Part shown: positions 30,156 to 42,180 of the stretch, one piece after another
How positions within the stretch are numbered: the stretch's first letter is position 1
Layout: every line of letters begins with the position of its first letter
Program-made: the position numbers and the translations under genes
From: an uncultured delta proteobacterium
Lineage (GTDB): Bacteria; Desulfobacterota; Syntrophia; Syntrophales; UBA5619
Length of the DNA stretch: 64,000 bases
Assembly: GCA_963817385.1 (NCBI GenBank)
Contig: CAWFOM010000009.1
Coordinates: 66,773 to 130,772 of the forward strand
Reading direction: 5' to 3'
The notes under the pieces: model-generated
Databases searched by the model: none
The model's input: the letters and a program-made list of their open reading frames with translations, nothing else
What the model was told of the DNA's origin: nothing

Positions 30156-31054
30156 TTGACCGTCTCCAAATAGGCCGCCATGGCCGTGAGCTCTTCCTCC
30201 GTCATCGGAATCGCCGGCATCACCGGCGGGAAACCCTTGACGGTGGCCGACCGCGGCTGCAGGATATGCTCGCGGATGAAGGCCCCATCCACGGTGATGT
30301 TCTTTTCCCCGCCCGCGATGATAACCGTCTCCTTCCGGCCCAGAAGGCCCTTGAACGTGGGCCCGATCTTTGGTGAGCCGTCCGTAGTATGGCAGCCCAG
30401 ACATCCCTTGGACTGGAGCAATCTCGGCCCCGGATCGACCACCGTGTTTCCCGACGGGGCACGCCGCCACGCTTCGAAATCCTCAGGTCTCATGACAACC
30501 ACTTTCGAACGCATATGGGAATGTCCGACACCGCAGTATTCGGTACAGAAGATGTCATAGGTCCCCAGCTCGTTCGCCGTGAACCAGAGGTGAGTCGTTA
30601 TTCCGGGGACGCAATCCTCCTTGATCCGGTAGGCGGGAATGAACAGGCAGTGAATAACATCGACGGACGTCATGAGGAGTTTCACCGGCCTTCCCATGGG
30701 CACGTTCAGGACATCGCTTTGCCTGCGATTGTCATACTCGAAAAGCCAGGACCACTGGCGGGCAGTGACATGGACCGTCATGGCGTCTTGCGGAGGGTTC
30801 CGGATGTATTCAAAATCGACCCAGCCGAAGTAAAACATGCAGATGACCAGGATGGTGGGAATGACCGTCCATATGACCTCCAGGAGAATGCTCTCTTTCA
30901 CCTGCTCCGGCCGGGGGTGTTTCTTCCGGTTGTACTTGGCGAGAAAGACCACCATGCAGATGGTAACGGCCGCCAGAAGAATCACCGAGGAGACGACGAT
31001 AAAGATGAAGGCGTCGTCCACTTTTCCCGTCGTATTTGAAGGCCCCAGAAACAT
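30152..31054 (-). CDS. coxB: Cytochrome c oxidase subunit II with fused C-terminal cytochrome c
   Basis: LEVIWTVIP; DVIH; CuA motif CTEYCGVGHSHM; heme c motif CLGCH. Confidence 0.95.
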   Translation of the reverse strand: MFLGPSNTTGKVDDAFIFIVVSSVILLAAVTICMVVFLAKYNRKKHPRPEQVKESILLEVIWTVIPTILVICMFYFGWVDFEYIRNPPQDAMTVHVTARQWSWLFEYDNRRQSDVLNVPMGRPVKLLMTSVDVIHCLFIPAYRIKEDCVPGITTHLWFTANELGTYDIFCTEYCGVGHSHMRSKVVVMRPEDFEAWRRAPSGNTVVDPGPRLLQSKGCLGCHTTDGSPKIGPTFKGLLGRKETVIIAGGEKNITVDGAFIREHILQPRSATVKGFPPVMPAIPMTEEELTAMAAYLETVK

Positions 31055-31062
31055 GATCCGCC

Positions 31063-31356
31063 TCAGCGATACCACACATCAACAAATGTCATCCCGATGA
31101 GGATCGTCAGGGCCGAAAGGGCGACCGCCAGCATTCCCTTCAGAAATCCTCCCTCGTACTTGAGGTGCATGAAAAAGGCCAGGACGAGGCCGGCCTTGAT
31201 CGACGCAATCGCCAGGGTCCCCAGCACGCTGAACCGGGCGAGCAGATCAAGCCGCGCGACGGCGATCGTGGCGGCCAGGAGGACCAGCAGGGCCAGCCAG
31301 ACGGCCGTGTACGTGCCGGTGGAGACAACGTGGTTTTCCGAATATTTCTCTTTCAC
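31063..31356 (-). CDS. Cytochrome c oxidase subunit IV
   Basis: Three TM helices; KAGLVLAFFMHLKYE. Confidence 0.85.
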   Translation of the reverse strand: MKEKYSENHVVSTGTYTAVWLALLVLLAATIAVARLDLLARFSVLGTLAIASIKAGLVLAFFMHLKYEGGFLKGMLAVALSALTILIGMTFVDVWYR

Positions 31357-31366
31357 GGTTTCTCCT

Positions 31367-31973
31367 TCAGGTGATCAGGTAAAAAAGCGGATAGAGGTAA
31401 ATCCACACGATATCGACAAAATGCCAGTAGAGACCGGTGTTCTCCAGGCGGGCAGTGTTTCCGCGAACGATTGTCTTTCGCCGGGTAAAGAAGAGCATGA
31501 AGGCGATGACGATACAGCCGACCAGGACATGGAGGCCGTGGAGACCGGTCATGACATAGTAGAGCCCAAAAAAAAGGGTTTCGCCCTTGCCGAGTTTCAG
31601 AAGGAGCGGTGAGTCCGGGTAGAGTCCCAGGGTAATCTTGGCGTTCCACTCGAAGTACTTAATGACGAGAAAGGCAAGTCCCAGGAGAATCGTCGCGAGC
31701 TGCAGGCGTGAGGAAAGGATATTCTCCCCCCTTTTCACCGCTGCGATCGATAGGGCGATCGTAAAGCTGCTCGTCAGGAGAATTACCGTGTTGATCGTAC
31801 CCAAGCAGGAGATTCTCTTCGGCGGCGGCGGCATGAAACGCCTGGGCGTACTTGGAGCGGAAGACGGCATAGAGGAGGAACATGCCGCCGAAAAAGAGAA
31901 TCTCCGTGAAGAGGAAAAACCACATTCCCATCTTCTTCCCCAGATGATCGACATGGCCCGTTTCGGCGCTCAA
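31367..31973 (-). CDS. coxC: Cytochrome c oxidase subunit III, frameshift near 31805
   Basis: GMWFFLFTEILFFGG in one frame; NTVILLTSS, TGLHGLHV and YWHFVD in the next. Confidence 0.9.
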
Positions 31974-31977
31974 TCGG

Positions 31978-33603
31978 CTACCTCACCGCTTCTTCATCAT
32001 AGGGGTAAGGCCCCCGGCTGATGACCGGCATTTCCGTAAAATTTTCATGCGGGGGCGGAGAGGAAACCGTCCACTCCAGCGTCTTTCCCCCCCAGGGATT
32101 CATGGGCGCCTTTTCACCGTTTACGACCGACCGGATCAAATTCCAAAAAATGATGATGAGACCGACGGCCAGAAACCACGACCCGACGGTCGAAATCACA
32201 TGGTTCAGATGATATTGGGGCGGGTAGTCGAAGTAGCGTCTCGGCATCCCCTCGAACCCGAGAATGAACATGCTGAAATAGAGGATGTTGAAGCCGACAA
32301 AGAGATTCAGCCAGCCTATCTTGGCCTTTTTCTCGCTGTACATCCGGCCGGTGATCTTGGGAAACCAGTAATGGAGTCCCGCCAGAATGGAAAACCCTGC
32401 TCCGCCGAACATGACGTAATGAAAATGACCGACGATGAAATAGGTGCCGTGGAGGTGAAGATTCGGCGCCAGCGCCCCGATGATGAGGCCGGTAAGACCG
32501 CCGATGGAAAAGAGGAAGATGAACGACAGGGCAAACAGGAGCGGTGTGTCCACGGAGATGGATCCTTTGTAAAGGGTGGCCACCCAGTTGAAGATCTTGA
32601 CCCCGGTGGGAATGGCGACCAGGAAGGAGACGAAGGAGAAGATCACCCGGGCCGTGTCGCTCATGCCGCTGGTGAACATGTGGTGGCCCCAGACGGCGTA
32701 GCCGACGACGGCGATGCCGAGGGCCGACAGGCAGACGGCGGTGTAACCGAAGAGGGCCCTTCTCGAGAAGACGGGGATTATCTCGCTGATGATCCCCATG
32801 GCCGGCAGGACCATGATGTAGACGGCGGGATGGGAATACATCCAGAAAAGGTGCTCATAGAGGATCGGGTCCCCCCCCTTGGCGGGATCGAAAAAACCTA
32901 CGCCGAAGAACCGGCCCAGGATGATGAACAGAAGCGTGATGGCGAGGACCGGCGTGGCAAGCATCTGCACCCAGCCCGTGGCATACAGTGTCCAGACGAA
33001 GGCGGGCATGCGGAACCAGGTCATCCCCGGCGCCCGCATCCGGTGGATGGTCGTGACGAAGTTGAGGCCGGTAAGGATGGAGGAAAATCCCAGAATGAAG
33101 ACCCCCAGGACGGCCGTCGAAATATTGGCCGGCGTCTGTATGCTGTAGGGAGCGTAAAAGGTCCATCCCGTATCGGGCGGCCGGCCGTGCATGAAGAGGG
33201 ACAGGAGGATGACCACCGCCCCGGTTACGTAGAGCCACCAGGAGAGTCGGTTGATCCGCGGGAAGGCCACGTCCCGGGCGCCTATCAGCAGGGGAATGAA
33301 GATGTTCCCGAAGGCAACGGGTATCCCCGGGATAATGAAAAGGAAGATCTGGATGACGCCATGGAGGGTGAAGAGCTCGTTATAGGTCTGTTGGTCCACG
33401 AGCCATCCCGGGGAAAGAAGGCTGAGCCGGATGAGAAAGCCCAGGATGACCCCGACGGAGAAGAAGGAAAGCAGGGCCATCAGGTACATGACGCCGATCC
33501 GTTTGTGATCGGTGGACATCATCCACTCCGCAACGACCCATCGGTACGTTCCCGTCCTGTCATAGAAACTGCCCGCAACGGGCGCGTCACTTCTCGGCAT
33601 CAT
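31978..33603 (-). CDS. coxA: Heme-copper oxidase subunit I, type A2
   Basis: DHKRIG; FWMYSHPAVY (YS motif); WGHH; HFH; GMPRR. Confidence 0.97.
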   Translation of the reverse strand: MMPRSDAPVAGSFYDRTGTYRWVVAEWMMSTDHKRIGVMYLMALLSFFSVGVILGFLIRLSLLSPGWLVDQQTYNELFTLHGVIQIFLFIIPGIPVAFGNIFIPLLIGARDVAFPRINRLSWWLYVTGAVVILLSLFMHGRPPDTGWTFYAPYSIQTPANISTAVLGVFILGFSSILTGLNFVTTIHRMRAPGMTWFRMPAFVWTLYATGWVQMLATPVLAITLLFIILGRFFGVGFFDPAKGGDPILYEHLFWMYSHPAVYIMVLPAMGIISEIIPVFSRRALFGYTAVCLSALGIAVVGYAVWGHHMFTSGMSDTARVIFSFVSFLVAIPTGVKIFNWVATLYKGSISVDTPLLFALSFIFLFSIGGLTGLIIGALAPNLHLHGTYFIVGHFHYVMFGGAGFSILAGLHYWFPKITGRMYSEKKAKIGWLNLFVGFNILYFSMFILGFEGMPRRYFDYPPQYHLNHVISTVGSWFLAVGLIIIFWNLIRSVVNGEKAPMNPWGGKTLEWTVSSPPPHENFTEMPVISRGPYPYDEEAVR

Positions 33604-34432
33604 GAACCCTCCCCTCACGATAGCGCCTGGCTGTCACCTGCAGGTAGATGAAGAAGGCGACCATGGCAGCGAGGGTGATAAGCCCGATCACTCCCATGAA
33701 ATTGAAGAATTTACTCTGCCCCGGCGGCTCGTGGGAGAAGCAGTAGAGAAGGGCTTTTTTAAGCCCCGTCACGGACTTTCCCTGGGCGGCCTCGGTAAGG
33801 GCCATGTTCAGGTCAAAGGAAGAGAAGGCGATGGGGTATGCCGAACCGTAGGAGAACTTTGTCACCTGGAGATACCGGGTGATCTTCCCATCGGGTGCAA
33901 GGAAGATCAGGACGACCGGGTGAGTAAAACCATGGATGTCTTTCCGGAACCGGAAACCGACGGCCTCGGTCAGATCATGAATGCTCCGCTCAGAACCGGT
34001 GAGAAACCTCCAGGCGTCCTCCGGGAAAGGTCTCCCGATGGCCTTGAGGTAATTTTTTTTTGCCTCTCGGGCGATCTGCGGCGTGTCCGATGCATCGATG
34101 CTCACGGTGATGACCCGGTAGTCTTTCCCCGGCTCGACGGCCAGCCGCGGGAGGGCCTGGGAAAGCCCCTCCAGCATCTGGGGGCAGATGTGTTCACAGG
34201 TAGTAATAGACGAGCGTCAGGATCGCCGGTTTTCCGAGGAGGTCCCTCAGCCGGATGATCCGCCCCGTCTTCATCGGCGAAAGGCAATATCCGGCGGGAG
34301 GATCTGTCCCGTTTTTTCTTCGAGACCGATCCCCCCCGCTTCGAGATCTCCGGGAGTCAGGGTTTCATGTCCGGCGACATTGCACGGCAGCAAGAGGCTC
34401 AGCAGACATAAACTCCACAGGATGTATCGCAC
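33587..34432 (-). CDS. SCO family copper chaperone, frameshifted near 34190-34275
   Basis: CEHIC (CxxxC); VSIDASDT; WRFLTG; conserved His in FTHP. Confidence 0.8.
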
Positions 34433-34514
34433 AATTTCACCCGTCCCTTTCCGCGCCTTGTGGTTCCGCTCCCTCTCGATTCTGATGCAACACACTTTGG
34501 AGCGGATGAACACG

Positions 34515-34856
34515 TCACCGTGCAATGATCTCCTTGAGAACCACGGCGTTATTGTGTTCCGCATCCCTGGCGGCAAACAGAAGGGTGACCGTACGTGTTT
34601 GCGCCTCCTGACGGAGCCGCTCAACAATCCCGGTTTTCTCCTTCAATTCGCCCTTATAGCGGTTCCTGAAATCGTGCCATTTTGCCGGGTCATGGCCAAA
34701 CCATTTCCGAAGCCCCGGACTCGGCGCGATATCCTTCAGCCACTCGCCAATGGAGGCATCTTCTTTCTTGACGCCTCGGGGCCATAAGCGATCGACAAGG
34801 ATCCGTTTGCCGTCGCCGGGAGAGGCCGGATCATAGACTCTCTTGATCTTCACCAT
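34515..34856 (-). CDS. DUF488 (YeaO-like) protein
   Basis: KRVYD...RILVDRLWPRGVKKE...APSPGLRKWFGHDP. Confidence 0.9.
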   Translation of the reverse strand: MVKIKRVYDPASPGDGKRILVDRLWPRGVKKEDASIGEWLKDIAPSPGLRKWFGHDPAKWHDFRNRYKGELKEKTGIVERLRQEAQTRTVTLLFAARDAEHNNAVVLKEIIAR

Positions 34857-34983
34857 GGGGCATTACCTTTTCCCGCGATAGTCCTCCCGGCTGATTCGGG
34901 TCACGCCGGGGATATCTATCCGTCGAGGCTTTCCGCCGTGTTTCGTTCTGACTCCCGCCACCTCTTTTATTGAAGTGTCGGCC

Positions 34984-35328
34984 TTACTTGAACGTCTTGA
35001 GGATATACTCGGCGATGGCCCTGGCCGTCCCGTCGGGGATCGCTTTTTCATCAAATCGTGTCATCCCCGGACCGGGGTTTCTCATCTTGCCCATGATATC
35101 CGCAGGCTCCCGGATGCCGTTTGCCGTCAGGACTTTTTTATCGAGGGTCTTGGCGGGATTGATGACATTCCCCCCCTTGGGATGACAGACAGCGCAATTC
35201 TTCGCAAAGCCCTGCTCACCCGGCGATGTCTCTGGAGCAGCTCCGACCGGCGCGGCACGGCAGAACAATACGACCGCGAGCATCACCGTGTACACGAAAT
35301 ACCCATTCTTCATTTTTTTATCCTCCAC
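34984..35328 (-). CDS. Periplasmic monoheme cytochrome c (c6-like)
   Basis: Signal peptide; CAVCH; distal Met in GPGM. Confidence 0.85.
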   Translation of the reverse strand: MEDKKMKNGYFVYTVMLAVVLFCRAAPVGAAPETSPGEQGFAKNCAVCHPKGGNVINPAKTLDKKVLTANGIREPADIMGKMRNPGPGMTRFDEKAIPDGTARAIAEYILKTFK

Positions 35329-35634
35329 TTGCCAAAACCAATCGTTCGGAAAGACGACACGGTTTGCTCCTGCCAGAACATCTTTTTTCAGTACTTTATC
35401 TATATGATGTTTTTATGCATAGAACACAATGAGGATAAAATGGACGTCAATTGGTAAGTAAAAACTACCATGGCGGGTCGTCATTAGCTGCCGCCAAGAG
35501 AAAAAACTCACCTGGTAGATATGACCTACTATTAGCCTTACCACCAACCCGGGTTGCATTAAACCGCCTCTCCAATAAAATCGAACTAGTCATTTCACAT
35601 AATCATTACCGGGAACCAAATCAGGAATCATCAT

Positions 35635-37590
35635 ATGAGTCAGGGAAACGTATCGGGAAACATGCCATCGAGAAAACCCGCAACTCCCGCCACTGCCGGG
35701 GGAGATGAAGCGACTGCGTCCTCCGCATATGAAACGTCCGGCGGCATAACCATCAATTTCCATTCAGCCGAGTTCAATCGGATGGACGATCTGAACGACT
35801 GTTCCGGAAACTATCGAAACTTCCAACCGCTCGACGGCATTGTCACTGCGGACGTGCGCCATCAGATGGAGCGCCGGAGCGGCAGAGACACCGTCGACGC
35901 GGCGGCGGATGAGGCTGTTCCCCCGAAAGATCGTGAGCGGGAAACAAATGAACCGGAAACCTTCGAGGCCGCACCGCCGCTGACCGTGATCTCCCAGGGG
36001 CGAACCTTGATTGTCGATACGGACGCCGGGCGCTCCATCGCCTGCGGCAAACGCCTGAGCGAGCAGGGATTGACTTGCACCCTGCTGGTGACGAAAAAAG
36101 CTGCGGCCTCGGACGCATCTCTTTCCCGATTTGAGCAATTTCCGCTCCTTGAGGTCAACGCCGTATCGATTACCGGCGCTTTTGGGGGTTTTTCCGCAAT
36201 GGTGACCGCAACAGGGGATCACCGGCCGCTGTCGGAGTGGCTTGGCGATGAAGCCTCCATGTTCGATCTTGTCCTGGATCTTCAATCCACCCCCTCGTAT
36301 GCGGGAGATCGTCTGCCGATGGGATATTACGCACCCGGAACGAATCCCGCAACCCTCCCTGAGGCGATGGCGGAGCTGCCGGAGATGCGAGGCCGGTTTC
36401 ATCGGCCGCAATTTACGGCTTTTCTGAAAAACCGTTGTCTCCATGGCCGGTCGCGCACCCGTCGACTGCCGTCACTGTCTTGCGGTCTGCCCCTTCGGTG
36501 CGATCCAATCCGTGGATCGGACAATCTCCATCGATCACTTATCGCTGTCAGGGTTGCGGCGGCTGCGCCATGGTCTGCCCTGCGGATGCAATTCATATGG
36601 TTCACCCGTCCCAGGAAGAACTGCTGAGCATCCTGCGGCACACGCTGGAAGAGCAGTCGGCCGACGCCGCATTTGCACCGACCCTGGTGATCTCGGACAT
36701 GGAAACTGCCGACGGTCACAAACTATCAGGGGCGGATGAAGGAGATCATGACCGCCGGATCCATTTCGAAGTGGAACAAATCGGCCTATGTCGGGCTGGA
36801 GATGCTCCTGGCCGCCCTGGCGTATGGCGCGGGCGCCGTTGTCGTGGCCTGCGGAGCGCAAAACCCGCCCAACATCAGAAAGGCTGCCGAGTGGCAGGCT
36901 CAAATGGGCAGCGCCATCCTGCGGGGACTCGGCATGCCGGAAGACAAGATCCGGTTTTCCGTCATCCCGCCCGAAAACAACCGGCCCGAAAAATGGACTC
37001 CCGCAACGACCGACCCCGAGGCGCGGCCCGACAACACTCCGTTGCCGCCGGCGCCGTTTTCTCCCGCGCATGACAAGCGGACCCTGGTCCGGCTGGCGAC
37101 CCGGCATCTCTATGATCGATCCGGCGCGCGGCAACCATCGATCCCCCTGCCGGCAGGCTCCCCGTTCGGCGCTGTCGCGGTCGACCCCGCCGCCTGCACC
37201 CTGTGCATGGCCTGTGCCGTCGCCTGTCCTTCCGGGGCGCTGTCCGCCAAGGGTGATGTGCCGAGGCTTGAATTTCTCGAATCCCGATGCCACCAATGCC
37301 GCCTGTGCGAAGAGGCATGCCCCGAAGGGGCGATCCGCCTGCTGCCCCGGATCCTCTGCGACCCGGACGCCGTTGAAACCCCGGCAGTCCTCAATGAAGC
37401 CGAACCGTTCCGATGCATCGAATGCGGCGTGCCCTTCGCCTCGCAGGCGATGATCAACCGCATCCGGGGCAAACTCACGGGCCACTGGATGTATGCGGCC
37501 GACCGGCAACTACGCCGTCTGCGCATGTGCGGCACCTGCCGAACACGGGACGCGCTTCTTTCCCAGGATATGAAATCATGGAATCATTGA
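35635..37590 (+). CDS. FDH-associated polyferredoxin (4Fe-4S) protein, several frameshifts (about 36465, 36540, 36785)
   Basis: CRHCLAVCP, CQGCGGCAMVCP, CTLCMACAVACP, CHQCRLCEEACP, CIEC and CGTC across three frames. Confidence 0.8.
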
Positions 37591-38275
37591 TGAAAACGAT
37601 CGGACGCACCGGGATGGTTTGCCGCACATGCGGCCGTCCGCACGGACAGCTATGTGATCCTGGCCTCGCTTCTGGGGCAGCCGCCCTCGGAAGAGCTTCT
37701 GAACATATTGCAGAATCTGCACTGGGATGAAGCCCTCCCGGAAGCGCTGGATCACGCGCTCGGAGCGCTTCGCCAAGCCGCCGGCGACTATCCGCTCGAC
37801 GCTCTGGAAGAGGAATATCAACAAACTGTTCATCGGCCTGGGAAGCGGTGAGCTGGTACCCTACGCCTCGTGGTATCGGGGGAAAAAAATTCAGTCGTCG
37901 ACCTTGGCTTCCCTGCGGTCGGATCTCATTGAGCTGGGCATTGTGAGGCAAGCGGGCTGCCATGAACCGGAAGATCATGCGGGCGCGCTCTGCGAAATCA
38001 TGGCGATTATCTCTCAGGAACCAAACGAAATTCCCCATGCCGAACAGGCGCGGTTCTTCCATCGGCATGTCGCCCCTTGGATGACAACGTTTTTCAAGGA
38101 TCTGCAGTCTGCAAAAAGCGCCGAATTTTACCGGCTGGTCGGCCTGTTCGGCACCTGTTTTCTGGAAACAGAGAGCCAATACCTTATATCGGGGTGGGAT
38201 ACCCCGTTTCCTAAAACAAAAGGAGGAATGCAACATGAACGGCGAACTTTTCGGCAACCGGCGGACATTCTTTAA
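37578..38275 (+). CDS. TorD/DmsD family molybdoenzyme chaperone, frameshifted
   Basis: LFIGLGSGELVPYASWY; EPEDHAGALCE; FFHRHVAPW. Confidence 0.85.
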
Positions 38276-38432
38276 ACAGGCAGCGCTCTTCGGCTGGCTC
38301 GGCGTCCTGCTTGTCGCAGGCAGACCGGCGATTGCCACACCGAAGAAGTCCTTGCCTGAACCGGAACCATCCGGCCAGGGGTATCGACTCACGGAGCATG
38401 TGAAGAAATATTACGAAACGGCAAGATCATAA
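38235..38432 (+). CDS. Small Tat-signal protein typical of fdh clusters
   Basis: NRRTFFK; C-terminal GYRLTEHVKKYYETAR. Confidence 0.85.
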   Translation: MNGELFGNRRTFFKQAALFGWLGVLLVAGRPAIATPKKSLPEPEPSGQGYRLTEHVKKYYETARS

Positions 38433-38468
38433 CAAACCAACTCAAATGCAATCGGAGGGCTGAGACAG

Positions 38469-41359
38469 ATGAAACCATTCAATAAAAAGTGGCTGCAGCG
38501 GATCTCCTCTGAACCTGCTTCCCACAAAGGGATCTCCCGGCGGACATTCCTGCGCCGCGGCGCCGTGACCCTGGGGAGCGGCGCCCTGATGGGGCTCCTG
38601 CCGCTCGCGTGCGTGCGGAAGGCCACGGAGGAGGAGAAGAAGAATTTCCCGCGACCGGATGCGAAGACCGAATACCGGCGGACGATCTGCACGCATTGCT
38701 CGGTCGGGTGCGGCATCATCGCCGAGATCCAGAATGGCGTCTGGACCGGCCAGGAGCCGGATTACGAATCGCCGTTCAATCTGGGTGCGCATTGCGCCAA
38801 GGGAGCTGCGGCGAGAGGTCACGGTTTCGGCCACCGGCGCGTCAAGTTTCCCATGAAGCTGGAGAACGGCGCCTGGAAGCGTCTCTCCTGGGACCAGGCC
38901 ATCAATGAGATCGGCGACCGTCTCCTGAAGATCCGGCAGGAATCGGGGCCGGACGCCCTTTTCTTCTGCGGGTCTTCCAAGGCCAGCAACGAGGGGGCCT
39001 ATCTCCAGGGGAAATTCGCCGCCCTCTGGGGCACCAACAACGTAGACAATCAGGCGCGCATCTGCCATTCCACCACCGTGGACGGCGTGGCCAACACCTG
39101 GGGCTACGGCGCCATGACTAATTCCTACAACGATATGCGTAACAGCAAGGCCATGTTGTTTCTGGGCAGTAATGCCGCGGAGGCCCACCCGGTGGCCATG
39201 CAGCACATTCTTCGCGCCAAAGAGGCGGGGTCGAAGATGATCGTCGTGGATCCGCGCTTCACCCGCACGGCAGCTCACGCCGATATTTACGCCCGCATCC
39301 GATCGGGCACGGATATCCCCTTTATTTACGGCCTGCTCTGGCACGTCTTCAAGAACGGCTGGGAAGACAAGGAGTTCATCGCAAAGCGGGTCTACGCCAT
39401 GGACGACATCCGCAAGGAAGTACAGAAATGGCCGCCGAAAGAGGTCGAGAATGTTACGGGGATACCTGAAGACAAGGTGTTCCAGATCGCCAAGACCATG
39501 GCGCAGAATCGGCCGAGCACGATCGTTTGGTGCATGGGCGTCACCCAGCACCATATAGCGAGCCATACGGTCCGCCTGTTCTGTATTCTTCAGTTGGCGT
39601 TGGGCAACATTGGAAAATCGGGCGGCGGCGCCAATATTTTCCGCGGCCATGACAACGTCCAGGGGGCGACCGACGTAGGGCCCAATTGTCATACCCTTTC
39701 CTGCTATTACGGTCTGGCCGAAGGCTCCTGGCAGCACTGGGCCAGAGTTTGGGGCATCGACTACGAATGGATCAAATCCCGCTTTGATATGAGCAGGCAA
39801 TACGACGCCGGCGGCGGCAAGATGGCTTATACCATGAACATCCCGGGCATCCCCGTATCGCGCTGGATCGACGGCGTAATGGAGGACAAGAAGAACCTTT
39901 CGCAAAAAGACAACCTCCGTGCGGTCTTCTTTCAGGGCCACGCCTGCAACAGCCAGACGCGCGGCGTGGAGATGAAAAAGGCCCTGGAGAAACTCGACAT
40001 GGTGGTGATCTCCGATCCCTACCCGACCCATATGTCCGTCCTGAGCGATCGCAAAAACGACACGTATCTGCTGCCGACCTCCACGCAATACGAGATCCTG
40101 CGGGACGGCTACCGCATCAAACCGCGCCCTTCAGTGGCGCGATAAAATCATCGAACCGCTCTACGAATCCCTGCCGGACCACGTCATTCTTTACAAGCTG
40201 GCGAAGAAGCTCGGATTCGCCGATCAGATGTTCAAAAACATCAAGGTCGAAAAAGATGAACCGGTCATTGAAGACGTTCTGCGCGAGATCAACCGCGGCG
40301 CCTGGACGATCGGTTATACGGGCCAGAGCCCGGAGCGACTCAAAATGCATGCCAAGTACCGGGGCACGTTCAATACCCTCACCTTGAAAGCCGAAGGCGG
40401 CCCCTGCAAGGGCGACTATTACGGCCTGCCCTGGCCCTGCTGGGGAACACCCGAAATGAAGCACCCGGGCACGCCCATCCTGTACGATCCAAGCAAGCCC
40501 GTGGCCGAGGGCGGCCTCGTTTTCAGGGCCGCATGGGGAACGGACTACAACGGTCAGAACCTGCTGGCCAGCGGCGTCTATTCCGTGAATTCGGAAATCA
40601 AAGACGGATATCCCGAATTCACCGCCGATATCCTCAAGAAGCTCGGCTGGTGGAATGATCTGACGGAAGCCGAGAAAGAAGGAAGCAGAGGGCCGAAATT
40701 GGAAGACCGACCTTTCCGGCGGCATCCAGCGGGTCGTCATCAAGCACGGATGCGCGCCTTTCGGCAACGGCAGGGCCCGCTGCAACGTGTGGACATATCC
40801 CGACCCCGTTCCCATCCATCGGGAACCACTCTATACACCGCGGTTCGACCTGGTGAAAAAATACCCGACGTACGCCGATCGCAATGCCTTCTGGAGGCTG
40901 CCCACGCGCTACGCGTCGATTCAGGCGGTCAACCACAGCACCAAATACCCCCTGATATTCACCAGCGGCCGTCTCACGGAATTCGAAGGCGGCGGCGCGG
41001 AAGAACGTTCGGAACCCTGGCTGGCCAAGCTGCAGCCCGAGATGTTCGCCGAGATCAACCCGAAAGACGCCGCTGATGCGAACATCATCAACGGACAGTA
41101 CATCTGGCTCGAGGGCGCCGAAGGGGGCCGGATCAAGGTGCGGGCGATGATCACGCCGCGCGTCGGTCCGGGTACGGTCTGGACGCCTTTCCATTACGGC
41201 GGCTGGTTCCAGGGCAAGGACCTCTATGACAAGTATCCGGAAGGCACGGCGCCGTATGTCCGGGGTGAGGCGTGCAACACCGCCACCACCTATGGCTACG
41301 ATTCCGTCACCCAGATGCAGGAAACCAAAGCCACGCTCTGCCGCATAACGCCGGCATGA
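38469..41359 (+). CDS. fdhA: Formate dehydrogenase alpha subunit (Tat-exported, Cys ligand), frameshifts near 40095 and 40680-40700
   Basis: SRRTFLR; CTHCSVGC; ARICHSTTV; RGHDNVQG; YYGLPWPCWG; YGYDSVTQMQETK. Confidence 0.93.
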
Positions 41360-41372
41360 AAGGAGACCAACC

Positions 41373-41981
41373 ATGGCAAGGATGAAATTTCTCTGCGACG
41401 CCGAACGCTGCATCGAATGCAACGGCTGCGTGACGGCATGCAACAACGAACACGATGTACCCTGGGGGATCAACCGGCGGCACGTGGTGACCTTGAAGGA
41501 CGGCGTGAGCGGTGAAAAGTCGGTTTCCGTGGCCTGCATGCACTGCACGGATGCGCCCTGCGCGGCCGTCTGCCCGGTCGACTGCTTTTACACGACCCCG
41601 GACGGCATCGTGCTGCACGACAAGAATCTCTGCATCGGCTGCGGCTATTGCTTCTACGCATGCCCGTTCGGCGCCCCGCAGTTTCCGGAGGAGAAGGCCT
41701 TCGGCGCCCGCGGCAAGATGGACAAGTGCACCTTCTGCGCGGGCGGGCCCCTGCCGGACAGGTCGGTCGAAGAATTCCAGGCGTACGGCCGCAACCGGAT
41801 CGCCGAGGGGAAGTTGCCCCTGTGCGCGGAGATGTGCGCCACCAAGGCCCTGCTGGGCGGGGACGGCAATGTCGTTTCCGACATCTACATCCAGCGCGTC
41901 AACAAGCGCGGCGGCAGGCCCGACACGTGGGGATGGAATACGGCTTACAATTTCAAATCCGACAAGGAGAAAAAGCCATGA
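41373..41981 (+). CDS. fdh3B: Formate dehydrogenase Fe-S subunit (FDH3 beta type)
   Basis: MARMKFLCDAERCIECNGC; four 4Fe-4S motifs; YGRNRIAEGKLPLCAEMC. Confidence 0.9.
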   Translation: MARMKFLCDAERCIECNGCVTACNNEHDVPWGINRRHVVTLKDGVSGEKSVSVACMHCTDAPCAAVCPVDCFYTTPDGIVLHDKNLCIGCGYCFYACPFGAPQFPEEKAFGARGKMDKCTFCAGGPLPDRSVEEFQAYGRNRIAEGKLPLCAEMCATKALLGGDGNVVSDIYIQRVNKRGGRPDTWGWNTAYNFKSDKEKKP

Positions 41982-42166
41982 AACGCAACTGGTATATTGC
42001 GGCGACATTCATTGTCCTTGCGGGGCTGATCGGATGCTCTTCCGAGCCCCGCGGCGTGACCATGCATGAGCCGGGGGTGTACAAGGGCGCAAAAGATCCG
42101 CTCCTCGCCCACGAGCGACAGCAGGAGCTGATCGACCGCTTCAAGCTGGTGCAAACCGACCGCTGA
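41978..42166 (+). CDS. Small lipoprotein of the fdh cluster
   Basis: Lipobox LIGC; YKGAKDP; overlaps the fdh3B stop. Confidence 0.65.
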   Translation: MKRNWYIAATFIVLAGLIGCSSEPRGVTMHEPGVYKGAKDPLLAHERQQELIDRFKLVQTDR

Positions 42167-42180
42167 ACAAAGGAGGAGGT

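Noticed and set aside
32047..33651. Long antisense ORFs over coxA, and likewise over queG, uvrA, fdhA, cydAB and yhdH
   Set aside because: Shadows of well-supported genes on the opposite strand.
40085..40145. Selenocysteine or programmed frameshift in fdhA
   Set aside because: The catalytic codon is TGC, and the break is a simple indel with no evident slippery site.
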